Shown here: positions 18,246-28,087 of the stretch, in pieces
Position numbering within the stretch: the stretch's first letter is position 1
Layout of the letters: each line of letters starts with the position of its first letter
Source: Treponemataceae bacterium
Lineage (GTDB): Bacteria > Spirochaetota > Spirochaetia > Treponematales > Rectinemataceae
NCBI GenBank assembly: GCA_963677895.2
Contig: CAXXGJ010000038.1
Location: 256,001 to 320,000 of the forward strand
Direction of reading: 5' to 3'
DNA length: 64,000 nucleotides
Notes under the pieces: model-generated
Told to the model about the DNA's origin: nothing
Seen by the model: only the letters and a program-made list of their open reading frames with translations
Databases searched by the model: none
Made by a program: the position numbers and the translations under genes

Positions 18246-21200
18246 TCAGGCAAGCGAAGCGAGGCGTTCGCGTATGAATTCGCTCTTTTCCCGAAGCCCG
18301 ATGGCTTTTGTCTGGAGAATGATGGCATTGGGTTTTGCGGGATCGAGCTTCACGCGGCCGTTCGATTCGCGCATGAGGCGCAAAAGCCTTTCGACCGAGA
18401 TCTTCGATACCTTCGAAAACTCCACGATCACCCTTCCCCCGCGCTCCTTCAAGGTCGAGACGGAGAGTTTCCGGCAGAGAATCCTTATCTCAGCCAGCGA
18501 AAGCAGGGATTGAAGCTCTTCGGGCATCGGGCCGAAGCGACTCTCGAGTTCTTCCTGCAAGGCGTCCAGCTCGCCCTGTTTGTATATCGAAGCGATCTTC
18601 TTGTAGATTTCCATCTTGATCATCGGCATGGAAATATAGGTATCGGGGATATAGCCGGTATACTCCAGCTCGAGGTATGGCTCTTCCTCTTCCTGGGGCA
18701 CGCCGGAGAGAGCGTTTATGGCGTCATCGAGCAGTTTCAGGTACATGTCGAATCCCACGGCGAAGATATCTCCCGATTGCTCGCGTCCCAGGAGGTTCCC
18801 CGCTCCTCTCACTTCCAGGTCTTTCATGGCGATCTTGAATCCCGATCCCAGTTCGGTGAAGTCCGAAATGATCTGCAGGCGCTTCATGGCGATTTCGCTC
18901 AAAGCCCGTTTGTCGGGATAGAGAAGATAGGCGAAGGCCTGCCGGTCCGAGCGGCCCACCCTGCCCCTGAGCTGGTAGAGCTGGGAGATGCCGTAAAAAT
19001 CAGCTCTGTCGATGATGATCGTATTGACGTTGGGAATATCGATGCCGTTTTCGATGATCGACGTGGAGACGAGGACATGGAAGGCGCCGTGTATGAAGCG
19101 GTGCATGATGTCTTCCAGCTCGCCCGAGTCCATCTGTCCATGGGCCGATTCCGTCAGGGCTTCCGGCACGATGGATCGGATGAACTGTTCCACCTCCGGC
19201 AGACTTTCTATCCTGTTGTGAAGGTAGAAAACCTGGCCGCCGCGCTCCATCTCGTTCCTGATGGCGCGCGCTATGACCTCGGGGTTGAATTCCTCGACAT
19301 AGGTCTGGATGGGCTGGCGCGCCGCCGGCGGCGTCTGGAGTATGGACATGTCCCTGATCTTCAGCATGGACATATGCAGGGTCCGGGGGATGGGCGTCGC
19401 CGTCAGCGTGAGGCAGTCAATGCCTGCCTTCATTTCCTTGAGCCTTTCCTTGTCCTTCACCCCGAAGCGCTGCTCCTCGTCGATGACGAGGAGCCCCAGA
19501 TCCTTGAAAGCCACGTCCTTCTGCAGGATCTTATGGGTTCCTATGACCATGTCGATGCTTCCCGACAGGAGACCCTGGATAGTCTTCTTCTGCTGCTTCT
19601 TGTCTATGAGCCGCGAAAGGATGCCTATCTGGATCGGATAGCCTTCGAGCCGCTCCAGGAAGTTCTCATAGTGCTGCTCCGCGAGGATCGTCGTAGGTGC
19701 GAGGAAAGCCACTTGTTTGCCCGACATCATCGCTTTAAAGCAGGCTCGTAGGGCAACCTCTGTTTTGCCGTACCCCACATCGCCGCAGACCAGCCTGTCC
19801 ATCGGCTTGTCGAGTTCCATGTCCTTTTTTATCTCTTCGATGCACTTGAGCTGGTCGATCGTCTCCTGATAAGGAAAAGCCGCCTCGAACTCAGTCTGCC
19901 ACTCGCCATCCTTGGGAAAAGCGTATCCTCTTGCCGCCTTGCGGCGCGCATAGATGCGGATAAGGCGTTCAGCCAGCTCCTCCACCGATTTGCGGACGCG
20001 CTTTTTCCTGTTTTCCCAGGATTTCGAACCCAGCGTATCCAGCCTGGGGCTTTCCCCCTCGTTCCCGATATAACGCTGTACGAGATTGGCCTGTTCGATG
20101 GGCACGAATACCGTTTCGCTGTCGGCATACTCGATTTTTATATAGTCGCGCTCATTGCCCAGGACGCGCATCCGCTCGATACTGGCAAAACGGCCTATGC
20201 CGTAGTTTACGTGGACGACATAGTCGCCGGGCGCCAGCTCGACAAAGCTGTCGATGATGGAACTCTTCGTCGTCGAAAGACTCTTGGGTATCCGCTTGCG
20301 CCTGCCAAAAATCTCGTTCTCCTGGACCACGCGCAGATGAAGCGCGGGGATGGAAAAACCCGCCGACAGCTCGCCGATGATTATGGCCGCCGTCGATTCC
20401 TTCAAGAGACTCCCGATTCTATCGGCCTGTATATCGGAGGAAGCGGTCAGGTATGACTGTGTCTTTATTTTCTCGAAACTGGCCAAATCCTCGCGGAAAT
20501 ACTTGATATTGCCGAAAAAGGATCGAGCGGGTTCGCCCCCCATCGCCAGCCGGCTGCCCTGGTTCTGATCCCTGAGCGCGTAGGAGCGCACGACCCTTTT
20601 GGTGGAACCCAGCGCCGCCTCGAAGGAATTGACGCATCGCTCGGGCGGGGGAACAGGCTCATCCCGGAGCGCCGACCGGTACATGCCCGCGTATTCCTTC
20701 CGCGCCGATTCTTCCTGCGCGTCCAGCCTCTCCCGGTTAATCGCGAAAAACACCATGGAATCGTGGAAGTATTCGGAAATGGAGTGGATTTCCCCGAAAG
20801 CCGTCCCGTACCAGACTTCTTCGCCCTTCCACTCGCCCTGTTCGGCAAGCGCTTCCTCGAGAGCCCCCATCCTGCCGCGGCAACCGGGATAGCTCTCCCC
20901 CTGCCCGGCCACGATTCTCGCTATGGCCTTGTCCCAGACGATTTCCTTGAGCGGTCGTACGATGCATGCGTCGATGCGCTCGTATCCCGACTGCGAATTC
21001 GGGTCGAAACGGGTAATCTTGTCGATAGCGTCGTAGCTGAACTGAATTCTAAGCGCCTGCTCGTCGCCGGGCATGAACACATCCAGGACCTCGCCTCGTT
21101 GGGCGAATTCACCCGGGAGGGCAACCCTGGGAACCCTCAGGTAACCATATTCTCCCAATCGATCGGCTACCGCCCCTGGCTGGAATGCCTGTCCGGGCCG

Positions 21201-21635
21201 AAGATGTATGAGCATCCTGGAAAAATAATCCTTAGGAGGCACGGGCGTTATGAAAGCGCGGTGGCTGGCGATGATGATGCCCGAATACTTGCCCGCCAGA
21301 TCGGCGAATATCGAAGCCCTCTCCCCGAACACGCGCGAACGTACGGCCGCGGGCCTATACGCCGCCGTATTCCACCATGGCAATATCCGGCTCTGAACGC
21401 CGAAAAAATCCAGGTCGGCCGCGAAATCCTCGACTTCGCGATCCGATGGAAGAACGATGAAGAAAGATTTCCCGGTTTTCTTTCTCATGGCCGCGACCAC
21501 AAGAGCCATAAATGAGTTTTCGGCTTCGGCCAGATCGACAGGGTACTCCCCTATCTCGATTTTTCTCTCCAGCGTCCGGAATGCTTCGTGTCGGAGTATT
21601 CGGTCGATAAGTACTTGCGGTTCTTTTCTGTCCAT
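18246..21635 (-). CDS. mfd: Transcription-repair coupling factor
   Basis: GDYVVHVNYGIG (CarD/RID), DRLVCGDVGYGKT, DEEQRFG, TATPIPRT, QLRGRVGR, TRCF C-terminal domain. Confidence 0.97.
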   Translation of the reverse strand: MDRKEPQVLIDRILRHEAFRTLERKIEIGEYPVDLAEAENSFMALVVAAMRKKTGKSFFIVLPSDREVEDFAADLDFFGVQSRILPWWNTAAYRPAAVRSRVFGERASIFADLAGKYSGIIIASHRAFITPVPPKDYFSRMLIHLRPGQAFQPGAVADRLGEYGYLRVPRVALPGEFAQRGEVLDVFMPGDEQALRIQFSYDAIDKITRFDPNSQSGYERIDACIVRPLKEIVWDKAIARIVAGQGESYPGCRGRMGALEEALAEQGEWKGEEVWYGTAFGEIHSISEYFHDSMVFFAINRERLDAQEESARKEYAGMYRSALRDEPVPPPERCVNSFEAALGSTKRVVRSYALRDQNQGSRLAMGGEPARSFFGNIKYFREDLASFEKIKTQSYLTASSDIQADRIGSLLKESTAAIIIGELSAGFSIPALHLRVVQENEIFGRRKRIPKSLSTTKSSIIDSFVELAPGDYVVHVNYGIGRFASIERMRVLGNERDYIKIEYADSETVFVPIEQANLVQRYIGNEGESPRLDTLGSKSWENRKKRVRKSVEELAERLIRIYARRKAARGYAFPKDGEWQTEFEAAFPYQETIDQLKCIEEIKKDMELDKPMDRLVCGDVGYGKTEVALRACFKAMMSGKQVAFLAPTTILAEQHYENFLERLEGYPIQIGILSRLIDKKQQKKTIQGLLSGSIDMVIGTHKILQKDVAFKDLGLLVIDEEQRFGVKDKERLKEMKAGIDCLTLTATPIPRTLHMSMLKIRDMSILQTPPAARQPIQTYVEEFNPEVIARAIRNEMERGGQVFYLHNRIESLPEVEQFIRSIVPEALTESAHGQMDSGELEDIMHRFIHGAFHVLVSTSIIENGIDIPNVNTIIIDRADFYGISQLYQLRGRVGRSDRQAFAYLLYPDKRALSEIAMKRLQIISDFTELGSGFKIAMKDLEVRGAGNLLGREQSGDIFAVGFDMYLKLLDDAINALSGVPQEEEEPYLELEYTGYIPDTYISMPMIKMEIYKKIASIYKQGELDALQEELESRFGPMPEELQSLLSLAEIRILCRKLSVSTLKERGGRVIVEFSKVSKISVERLLRLMRESNGRVKLDPAKPNAIILQTKAIGLREKSEFIRERLASLA

Positions 21636-21745
21636 CGTATTCTTTTCCTCGCGACGAAAGCATGAAACCGGGATCAGTCCGGATACTGGGGATCAGTATA
21701 GTCTCCGGTCTTTTTTTATTCCATAAGCGAGGCGATCAACACAGT

Positions 21746-22246
21746 ATGCTTGCAGTAATTTTAGCGGAAGACGATGCTTTTTCGCGCGCCGTCAGTCATC
21801 GTTCGCGCCTTCAGAAATACTCGGTAGTCCGCTACAGGGACCCGGTGAAGCTCGCCGACAACCTGCCCGAAATACATCCCGATCTGCTTATCGTCCGATT
21901 CAAGGACTTCCCCTCCCATTGGGAACTCCTCGCCGCCGAACTGATGTGCTCGGAAAACCTGCGCGACGTAAAAATTCTCGTATTCGCCCCATGCGAAATC
22001 GACGCTGCGCACCTTTTCAGAAATCTGCGATGCATACCCGAATTGTCCGCTCAGGCCGATACCGGTTCCCTATCGCCGGCGACATCGAAAATGCTTTCGG
22101 AATACCTCTCGGCGCCGTCTTCCACGGAAGCCCCGCCTGTCAAACCTTCCGAAGCTTCCTTGAAGTTAGGCGAAGCCAAGACGAGACATCCGACGAAAAG
22201 CCGACTGATGGCGGCCGCGGAAAAGCAGACGCGATCCAAATATTGA
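21746..22246 (+). CDS. Hypothetical protein with a degenerate receiver-like N-terminal domain
   Basis: MLAVILAEDD...RYRDPVKLADNLPEIHPDLLIV...DFPSHW has a CheY-like pattern; low-complexity C-terminus; start uncertain. Confidence 0.55.
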   Translation: MLAVILAEDDAFSRAVSHRSRLQKYSVVRYRDPVKLADNLPEIHPDLLIVRFKDFPSHWELLAAELMCSENLRDVKILVFAPCEIDAAHLFRNLRCIPELSAQADTGSLSPATSKMLSEYLSAPSSTEAPPVKPSEASLKLGEAKTRHPTKSRLMAAAEKQTRSKY

Positions 22247-22318
22247 TTAACTCTTTTCGCCAATATCAATACTTTTTTATATTGAAAAATTTATAGAATA
22301 GGGTTAATATTGTAAACC

Positions 22319-22678
22319 ATGAATAATGAAGCAACACCAATATGCCGCGACGAGCTACTGGAACCCTACGCCACGAAATTTAAGGCTATTGGCCATCCGG
22401 TCCGCTTAAAAATACTCTGCATGATCGTACGGCAGGACGTGCCCTGCGTAGGCGACCTCTGGCATTGCCTGAACCAGCCGCAGCCCGTCATTTCGCAGCA
22501 TCTGGCCATACTGAAAAAAACCGGAATCGTATCTTCGGAAGTACAGAAGACAAAACGCGTCTACTCGATCGTAGACCCATTCATAAAAGAATTGGTGACC
22601 AACATCGTAGGCAACATACTGACTGAGGAAGCAAGGGAAGCGGAAGAGGAAAAACAGACCCCCCTTTCTCCCGTTTAA
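22319..22678 (+). CDS. ArsR/SmtB family transcriptional regulator
   Basis: FKAIGHPVRLKIL...QPVISQHLAILKKTGIV...RVYSI. Confidence 0.9.
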   Translation: MNNEATPICRDELLEPYATKFKAIGHPVRLKILCMIVRQDVPCVGDLWHCLNQPQPVISQHLAILKKTGIVSSEVQKTKRVYSIVDPFIKELVTNIVGNILTEEAREAEEEKQTPLSPV

Positions 22679-22687
22679 TTAAAAGGA

Positions 22688-23758
22688 TTATCCGATCAGA
22701 TTCTCAAGTTCTTCGCCGAAGGCGATATCGGCATCGGAAATCCTTACCTTTTTCGGCTCCTGGCCTTTCTTGAAGATGAGGACATAGTCTCCGGCTCCGG
22801 TTATGCCGATATCGGCATGCCTCGCCTCGCCTGGGCCGTTCACCACGCAACCCATTATGGCGACTTCGATCGGAGCCTTCATCGAATAGAGCTTGCCCGA
22901 CCAGCGAGCCAGAAAAGCGTACGTGTCGAACGAAGCTCGGCCGCATCGCGGACAGGAGACGATCCGCACCCCTGCCTTGCGCAGTCCCGCGCAGCCTATT
23001 ATCTCTCGCGCCGCTATCACCTCGGATTCCATCGAGTCAGAAAGGGAAACGCGTATCGTCGCGCCGATGCCATCCTTGAGCAAAGGCACAAGCGCCGCCG
23101 TATTCCTGGCGATTCCGCTTATGAGAGGACCGGCCTCGGTCACGCCCAAGTGCAGGGGGTAATCGAAATTTGCCGCGAACAGTCTGTTGGCGCGTTCGAC
23201 CTCTCCGGGTTCGTTCAGTTTCATCGACACCACGAGATTGGAAAATCCCAGTTCTTCGAAAACGGCCATTTCGCGTTCGGCCGCCGTGACGCAGGATGCC
23301 GCGATATCTTCGCTATCGCGGAGATCTGCCGGCAGGGAACCCGCGTTGACGCCGATCCTGAGCGCCACGGCCTTGTCCTTGGCTTTGGCCACCACTTCTG
23401 CCGTCTTCCAGGGCGCGCCGATATTGCCGGGATTTATCCTTATCTTGTCGATGGGATAGTCCATGCAGCGCAGGGCGAGACGCCAGTCGAAATGAATGTC
23501 GGCGACGATGGGCATGGGACTTTTAGCCGCTATGGCGCCCAGCGAATCGGCTGCCGCCTCGTCGGGCACGGCAAAGCGGAGAACGTCACAGCCGATCTCT
23601 TTCAGTTTTTCGATTCTGGAAAGAATATCATGCAGTTTGGGGTCGTTTTCGCCTGAGAAAGCCGGCAAGGGGTCTTTCCACATCGTCTGGATAGAAACGG
23701 GCCAGTCGCCGCCCATCATGAGTGAACCGACTTTTACGACCCTGCTTTTATAGTTCAT
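22688..23758 (-). CDS. ispG: (E)-4-hydroxy-3-methylbut-2-enyl-diphosphate synthase
   Basis: VADIHFD, RINPGN, RIGVNAGSL, LHLGVTEAG, SCPRCGR, MGCVVNGPGEA. Confidence 0.97.
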   Translation of the reverse strand: MNYKSRVVKVGSLMMGGDWPVSIQTMWKDPLPAFSGENDPKLHDILSRIEKLKEIGCDVLRFAVPDEAAADSLGAIAAKSPMPIVADIHFDWRLALRCMDYPIDKIRINPGNIGAPWKTAEVVAKAKDKAVALRIGVNAGSLPADLRDSEDIAASCVTAAEREMAVFEELGFSNLVVSMKLNEPGEVERANRLFAANFDYPLHLGVTEAGPLISGIARNTAALVPLLKDGIGATIRVSLSDSMESEVIAAREIIGCAGLRKAGVRIVSCPRCGRASFDTYAFLARWSGKLYSMKAPIEVAIMGCVVNGPGEARHADIGITGAGDYVLIFKKGQEPKKVRISDADIAFGEELENLIG

Positions 23759-23842
23759 ATGGTGCTTTGAAGGTTAGGCGCCGCCCGCTTGCCCGGGGCA
23801 GGCATTTCTGCCGAAGGGCGGGCGGGCGGCGCCTCGGAACCG

Positions 23843-24265
23843 TCAGATCGCTCCGAAGGTGAAGGCCATCACGAAAAGCGCTATCGTCTCGCAGAGGCCG
23901 ACGACGATCATGTAGTTGGCGAAGCCCTTCTCTGTTTCGCCGTAAGCGTCGCAGCCAGCCGCGGCGGCCTGTCCCTGAGCCAACGCCGACATGCCCATGG
24001 CTATGCCGCCCATGATGCCGGCGGCGCAGATGAGAAGCGGCTCTTTCGAGGAATTGAGCATCCTGTTCATAAGGATGAACCCGTAAATCGTCTGGGTAAG
24101 GGGAGCGCCCGCGAAGGCGACCAAGAGGAACGAGGCCTGTTTGTTGTTCATGTAGGATCTTTTCCAGGAGCCGATTGCGGCTTGTCCCGCTATGGCCGCT
24201 CCAAGCGAAGATCCGATGGCTGAAAAGCCGAGTACGCACGCCGCGCCGATCATGGCAATGTTCAT
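23843..24265 (-). CDS. atpK: V/A-type ATPase subunit K (four-helix proteolipid)
   Basis: SAIGSSLG, APLTQTIYG, SALAQG, GLCETIALF; last gene of the ATPase operon. Confidence 0.93.
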   Translation of the reverse strand: MNIAMIGAACVLGFSAIGSSLGAAIAGQAAIGSWKRSYMNNKQASFLLVAFAGAPLTQTIYGFILMNRMLNSSKEPLLICAAGIMGGIAMGMSALAQGQAAAAGCDAYGETEKGFANYMIVVGLCETIALFVMAFTFGAI

Positions 24266-26121
24266 ACGATGTTCTCCTGTACTTTTCTCTCCTCGGCCGA
24301 TTCGCAGAGGGGTTCATATTTATATCCAGACCATTCCATTCCCAGATGGCTGGAAAACTCGAGAATATTGAGCCTGATGCCGTGCACGAGGACGGAGAGC
24401 ACGCTCATCACGAGGTTGATGCCATGCCCGACAAAAAGCAGGATGACCGCCACGACGCCGCCGATCAGGAAGGCTACGATGCTTCCCCCCGTCGGACCAA
24501 ACATATTCACCGCCATTCCGTTGACGGTCTGGGAGATCGCCAAACCGGCGAGCCCTACCGCCCAAAGGCGAATATAGGAAACGATATCGGCGAAGACGCT
24601 GACCACGCCCAGAAAGGTCGGTATGATCCCTTTCAAGCCGTCGAGTATGGCTTTCAGCAAATTGCCGTTCCAATTGCCGAAAATGAATACCAGGACAAAC
24701 CCGACGCCGACAAGGGCGAGCGCCCAACTCTGAAGGGGAAATCGCGTCGCGTCGATGACGAGGTTGAGGACGGCGTTGAGCATGCCGATGACCATCATGA
24801 GCGATCCGACCTGGGACAGAAACTTGGGCTGCGGAAAATCCCGCTTGATGTTCTTGATATGCGCGATGGAGAGCTGGAGCGCGCCTATGATGAAGCAGAA
24901 GATTTTCGTATTCGTGCCTGACTCCGGATTGCTGCCGTTGAGCGCCGTCAGGGACATGTTCTGCAGAATTCCCGGCAGGGATTCGTAGGGAATCGCGAAC
25001 CAGGTGCTCGTCGCGAATCCCCAAAGGATCGTCGTCGCGCTCAGCACGAATAGAAGTCTTCCAAAATCGGAGAACGGCTTTTTCGCCTTCCTGCTTTTCA
25101 CGAGCATGGCGACGGAGAGGGCGAGCAAAATGACTCCGTAGCCGCCGTCGCCGAAAATCATCGCGAAATAAAGCGAGAAGAAACCAAGGAACCATAGCGA
25201 GGTATCGTATTCGCGGTAATTCGGCACCGTGCCCATGAAATCGAGGACGGGCTGGATCATCCGCACCACGGCGTTGTTCTCCACTTTCGTCGGAGGCAGC
25301 TCATCGTCCGCCGGATCGTCGAGCGCGATGGCCCATCCTCGCCTGCCGGCTTCCGCCATCAAGCTGTTCGCCACCTTGGCGGGAACATAGCCGGTGAGGT
25401 AGCGCAGGGCGTCCTGCCGCGGCATTCCCGCGCGGAGTCTTTCGATCGTAAGGGCCGATTCGATGCGTCGTATCTCGGCGTCGATAGCCGCTACGTTCGT
25501 CGACAGGCGCTTGAGCTCCGCCTTTTTCTCCGCCACGCTTTTTTCGCATTCGGCGATTTCCCGATCGAGACGAGAGAGGCGGTGCGCGGGCAGCCTGAGT
25601 TCCTCGAAGCCGACCGGCGTCGACGCGGCGTCGAGAAGCGCTATCCTCACCTTCCCCTTCGGGGCGGAAAGGCGTACGTAATCGAGCTCTTCGGCTATTT
25701 CCGCCAGCTGCTGGGGCTGGCCTTCCAGAAGCCTTATCTGAAGATCATATTCTCGAAGCTTCTCGAAGAGTTCGGGAGTGAAATCGCCCCAGTTCCGGAT
25801 TCTGTCCGATTCACGCTTAAGTTCCGATGCTCTTTCTTGGAGGGAAGAAATGGCCGCCTGGCTTTCCAAGGTCGAAGCTATCAGCTCCATGACCTGGACA
25901 GATGCGTCCGGTTTCGCCTGGTTTTTCTTGTCGCGGCTGGAAGTCAGTATGCCCTTGGCGTTCAGCGCGTTCTTAAGGGTAGCGTCGAGGGTCGCGCAGG
26001 ATTCGCCCAAACTCTGAAATCTTTCGAGATGGACTATCCCGAGCTTGCGCAGATACAGGGGAGCCGCGCGCGCATCCTTTTCCATGAGTACGAGGAGAAA
26101 TTTTTTCATGGGTGCGATCAT
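24262..26121 (-). CDS. atpI: V/A-type ATPase subunit I
   Basis: FAMIFGDGGYG, DIVSYIRLWAVGLA, VHGIRLNILEF. Confidence 0.95.
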   Translation of the reverse strand: MIAPMKKFLLVLMEKDARAAPLYLRKLGIVHLERFQSLGESCATLDATLKNALNAKGILTSSRDKKNQAKPDASVQVMELIASTLESQAAISSLQERASELKRESDRIRNWGDFTPELFEKLREYDLQIRLLEGQPQQLAEIAEELDYVRLSAPKGKVRIALLDAASTPVGFEELRLPAHRLSRLDREIAECEKSVAEKKAELKRLSTNVAAIDAEIRRIESALTIERLRAGMPRQDALRYLTGYVPAKVANSLMAEAGRRGWAIALDDPADDELPPTKVENNAVVRMIQPVLDFMGTVPNYREYDTSLWFLGFFSLYFAMIFGDGGYGVILLALSVAMLVKSRKAKKPFSDFGRLLFVLSATTILWGFATSTWFAIPYESLPGILQNMSLTALNGSNPESGTNTKIFCFIIGALQLSIAHIKNIKRDFPQPKFLSQVGSLMMVIGMLNAVLNLVIDATRFPLQSWALALVGVGFVLVFIFGNWNGNLLKAILDGLKGIIPTFLGVVSVFADIVSYIRLWAVGLAGLAISQTVNGMAVNMFGPTGGSIVAFLIGGVVAVILLFVGHGINLVMSVLSVLVHGIRLNILEFSSHLGMEWSGYKYEPLCESAEERKVQENIV

Positions 26122-26732
26122 GCTTCACGCCCCTCAACCTTTTTCTTGGATATCTTGCCGCGTACGACCTGGGCGGTCTGCTGATCTCCCAGATAGATGC
26201 GTATCATCTTGATCGCGTTTTGCGTTTCGGGAATCTTGACCTTCTCGAAGAGGTTCACCCGCTGGTTGGTGATGCGCAACTCGGCGGCGAGGAGAATCTT
26301 CTGCCTCTCCACGACCTGGAATTCCGCGTCGGCCGCGAGGGTCTGTTTCATGAGCTGAAGCGCCCTATCGACCCAGAGCGGCGTCTGGAAGTAATCATAG
26401 GCGGCGAGTTCGAATTCGACTTCCTCGAATACCGGTATGATGACGCCCGCGATGTTCCCGACCGAAGTTTTTATCGATTTCAGCGAAAGGTGCGGCAGTC
26501 CCGAAGCGGATCTCGCGGCGCCTTCCTCGGAGAATACGGCGATCCACGACGAAAACTGCCGCTCGAGCGCTTCCTTCGCGGAAACCAGCTGGGCGAGACG
26601 CGCTTCCACGCCTCGAATCTCCATCTGGAGCTGCTGTTTCTTAAGCTGTAGCGTAGGAAGATACCTCTGGTACATCTTGAGGGCATCTTTCTGCTTTTTC
26701 AGCTCGTTTTTAGTCAGTTTTATCTTGGCCAT
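26118..26732 (-). CDS. atpD: V/A-type ATPase subunit D
   Basis: MAKIKLTKNELKKQKD...LPTLQLKKQQL...TNQRVNLFEKVKIP; start set at ATG 26732. Confidence 0.95.
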   Translation of the reverse strand: MAKIKLTKNELKKQKDALKMYQRYLPTLQLKKQQLQMEIRGVEARLAQLVSAKEALERQFSSWIAVFSEEGAARSASGLPHLSLKSIKTSVGNIAGVIIPVFEEVEFELAAYDYFQTPLWVDRALQLMKQTLAADAEFQVVERQKILLAAELRITNQRVNLFEKVKIPETQNAIKMIRIYLGDQQTAQVVRGKISKKKVEGREA

Positions 26733-26761
26733 CGCCCCTGTCTCCGAATACCCTGCTTTCT

Positions 26762-28084
26762 TTAGCTTGTTTTTTCTGCCCCGGCGGAGCGCGACGCCGG
26801 CCAGAACTTCTGGATCAGATCGGATCTCAATCCCGTCTCCCTGGGTTCGAAGCAGGAAGCGAGGATTTCCCAACCCTCGTCGAGGGCCTTTTCGAGGGGA
26901 ATATTGACCGAAAGATCCATCATCTTCGTCTCGAACAGTTCGCCGTACTTGAGCAGCTTCTTGTCCCAGGCTGTCATCTGGAAGCCCATGGATTTTTTCT
27001 CGAGAGTGTCGCGGTAAGCGGCGAAGAGCTTGATCATGCCGTCCATGATGGCGCGGTGATCTTCGCGCGTCTTGCCGTTGACCATCTGCTTCAGGCGAGA
27101 GAGGGAGCCGAAGGGCTCGATCCTTCCGCCCTTGAGGTAGAACTGGCCTTCGGTGATGTAGCCCGTGTTGTCGGGCACAGGGTGGGTGACGTCGTCGCCC
27201 GGCATCGTCGTGACGGCGAGCGTCGTGATGGAACCGGCGTCGGCGAAGTCGACGGCTTTTTCGTAGCGCGCAGCGAGCTGGGAATAGAGATCGCCGGGAT
27301 ACCCTCGGTTGGAGGGAACCTGTTCCTGGGTGATGGCGATTTCCTTGAGCGCGTCGGCGAAGTTGGTCATGTCGGTGAGGAGGACGAGGACGTTCTTGCC
27401 CTTGAGGGCGAACTTTTCCGCCACCGCCAGCGCTATGTCCGGTACCTGGAGGCACTCGACGATGGGGTCGGCTGCCGTATGGACGAACATGATCGTCTTG
27501 GCGAGGGAGCCGCCCTCTTCGAGCGTGTCCCTGAAGAACAGATAATCGTCGAACTTGAGTCCCATGCCGCCGAGGATGATGAGATCGACCTCGGCCTGCA
27601 TGGCGATGCGCGCCAGAAGCTGGTTGTAGGGCTCGCCCGAAACCGAGAAAATGGGGAGTTTCTGGCTCTTCACCAGGCTGTTGAAAAGATCGATCATGGG
27701 GATGCCGGTACGGATCATTTCCCTTGGGATAATGCGCTTGAAGGGATTGACCGATGGACCGCCGATGGTGATGAGGTTGTCGTTGAGGATGGGGCCGCCG
27801 TCTCGCGGCTCGCCCGCGCCGTTGAAAATCCTGCCCATCAGGTTGTCCGAAAAGCTCACCTGCATGGGGTGTCCCAGGAAACGCACTTCGTCTCCCGTGG
27901 AAATTCCCCTTCCGCCGGCGAAAACCTGAAGGTAGACGAGGTCCTTGTCGAGACGGATGGTTTCCGCGAGGGAGAGTCCGTAACGGCTCGTCACCTCGGC
28001 CAGCTCGCCGTAGGCGATATTCTCGGCACGGACCGAAATCACGTTGCCCGTGATCGATTCTATATGCGAATAAACCTTATTCAT
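26762..28084 (-). CDS. atpB: V/A-type ATPase subunit B
   Basis: [46 protein letters not shown]. Confidence 0.97.
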   Translation of the reverse strand: MNKVYSHIESITGNVISVRAENIAYGELAEVTSRYGLSLAETIRLDKDLVYLQVFAGGRGISTGDEVRFLGHPMQVSFSDNLMGRIFNGAGEPRDGGPILNDNLITIGGPSVNPFKRIIPREMIRTGIPMIDLFNSLVKSQKLPIFSVSGEPYNQLLARIAMQAEVDLIILGGMGLKFDDYLFFRDTLEEGGSLAKTIMFVHTAADPIVECLQVPDIALAVAEKFALKGKNVLVLLTDMTNFADALKEIAITQEQVPSNRGYPGDLYSQLAARYEKAVDFADAGSITTLAVTTMPGDDVTHPVPDNTGYITEGQFYLKGGRIEPFGSLSRLKQMVNGKTREDHRAIMDGMIKLFAAYRDTLEKKSMGFQMTAWDKKLLKYGELFETKMMDLSVNIPLEKALDEGWEILASCFEPRETGLRSDLIQKFWPASRSAGAEKTS

Positions 28085-28087
28085 CGT

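Noticed and set aside
26733..27455. Extension of V-ATPase subunit D into atpB, and similar extensions of amrA (52325) and dtd (63107)
   Set aside because: Alternative frames of neighbouring genes in GC-rich DNA; homology starts at the downstream ATGs.
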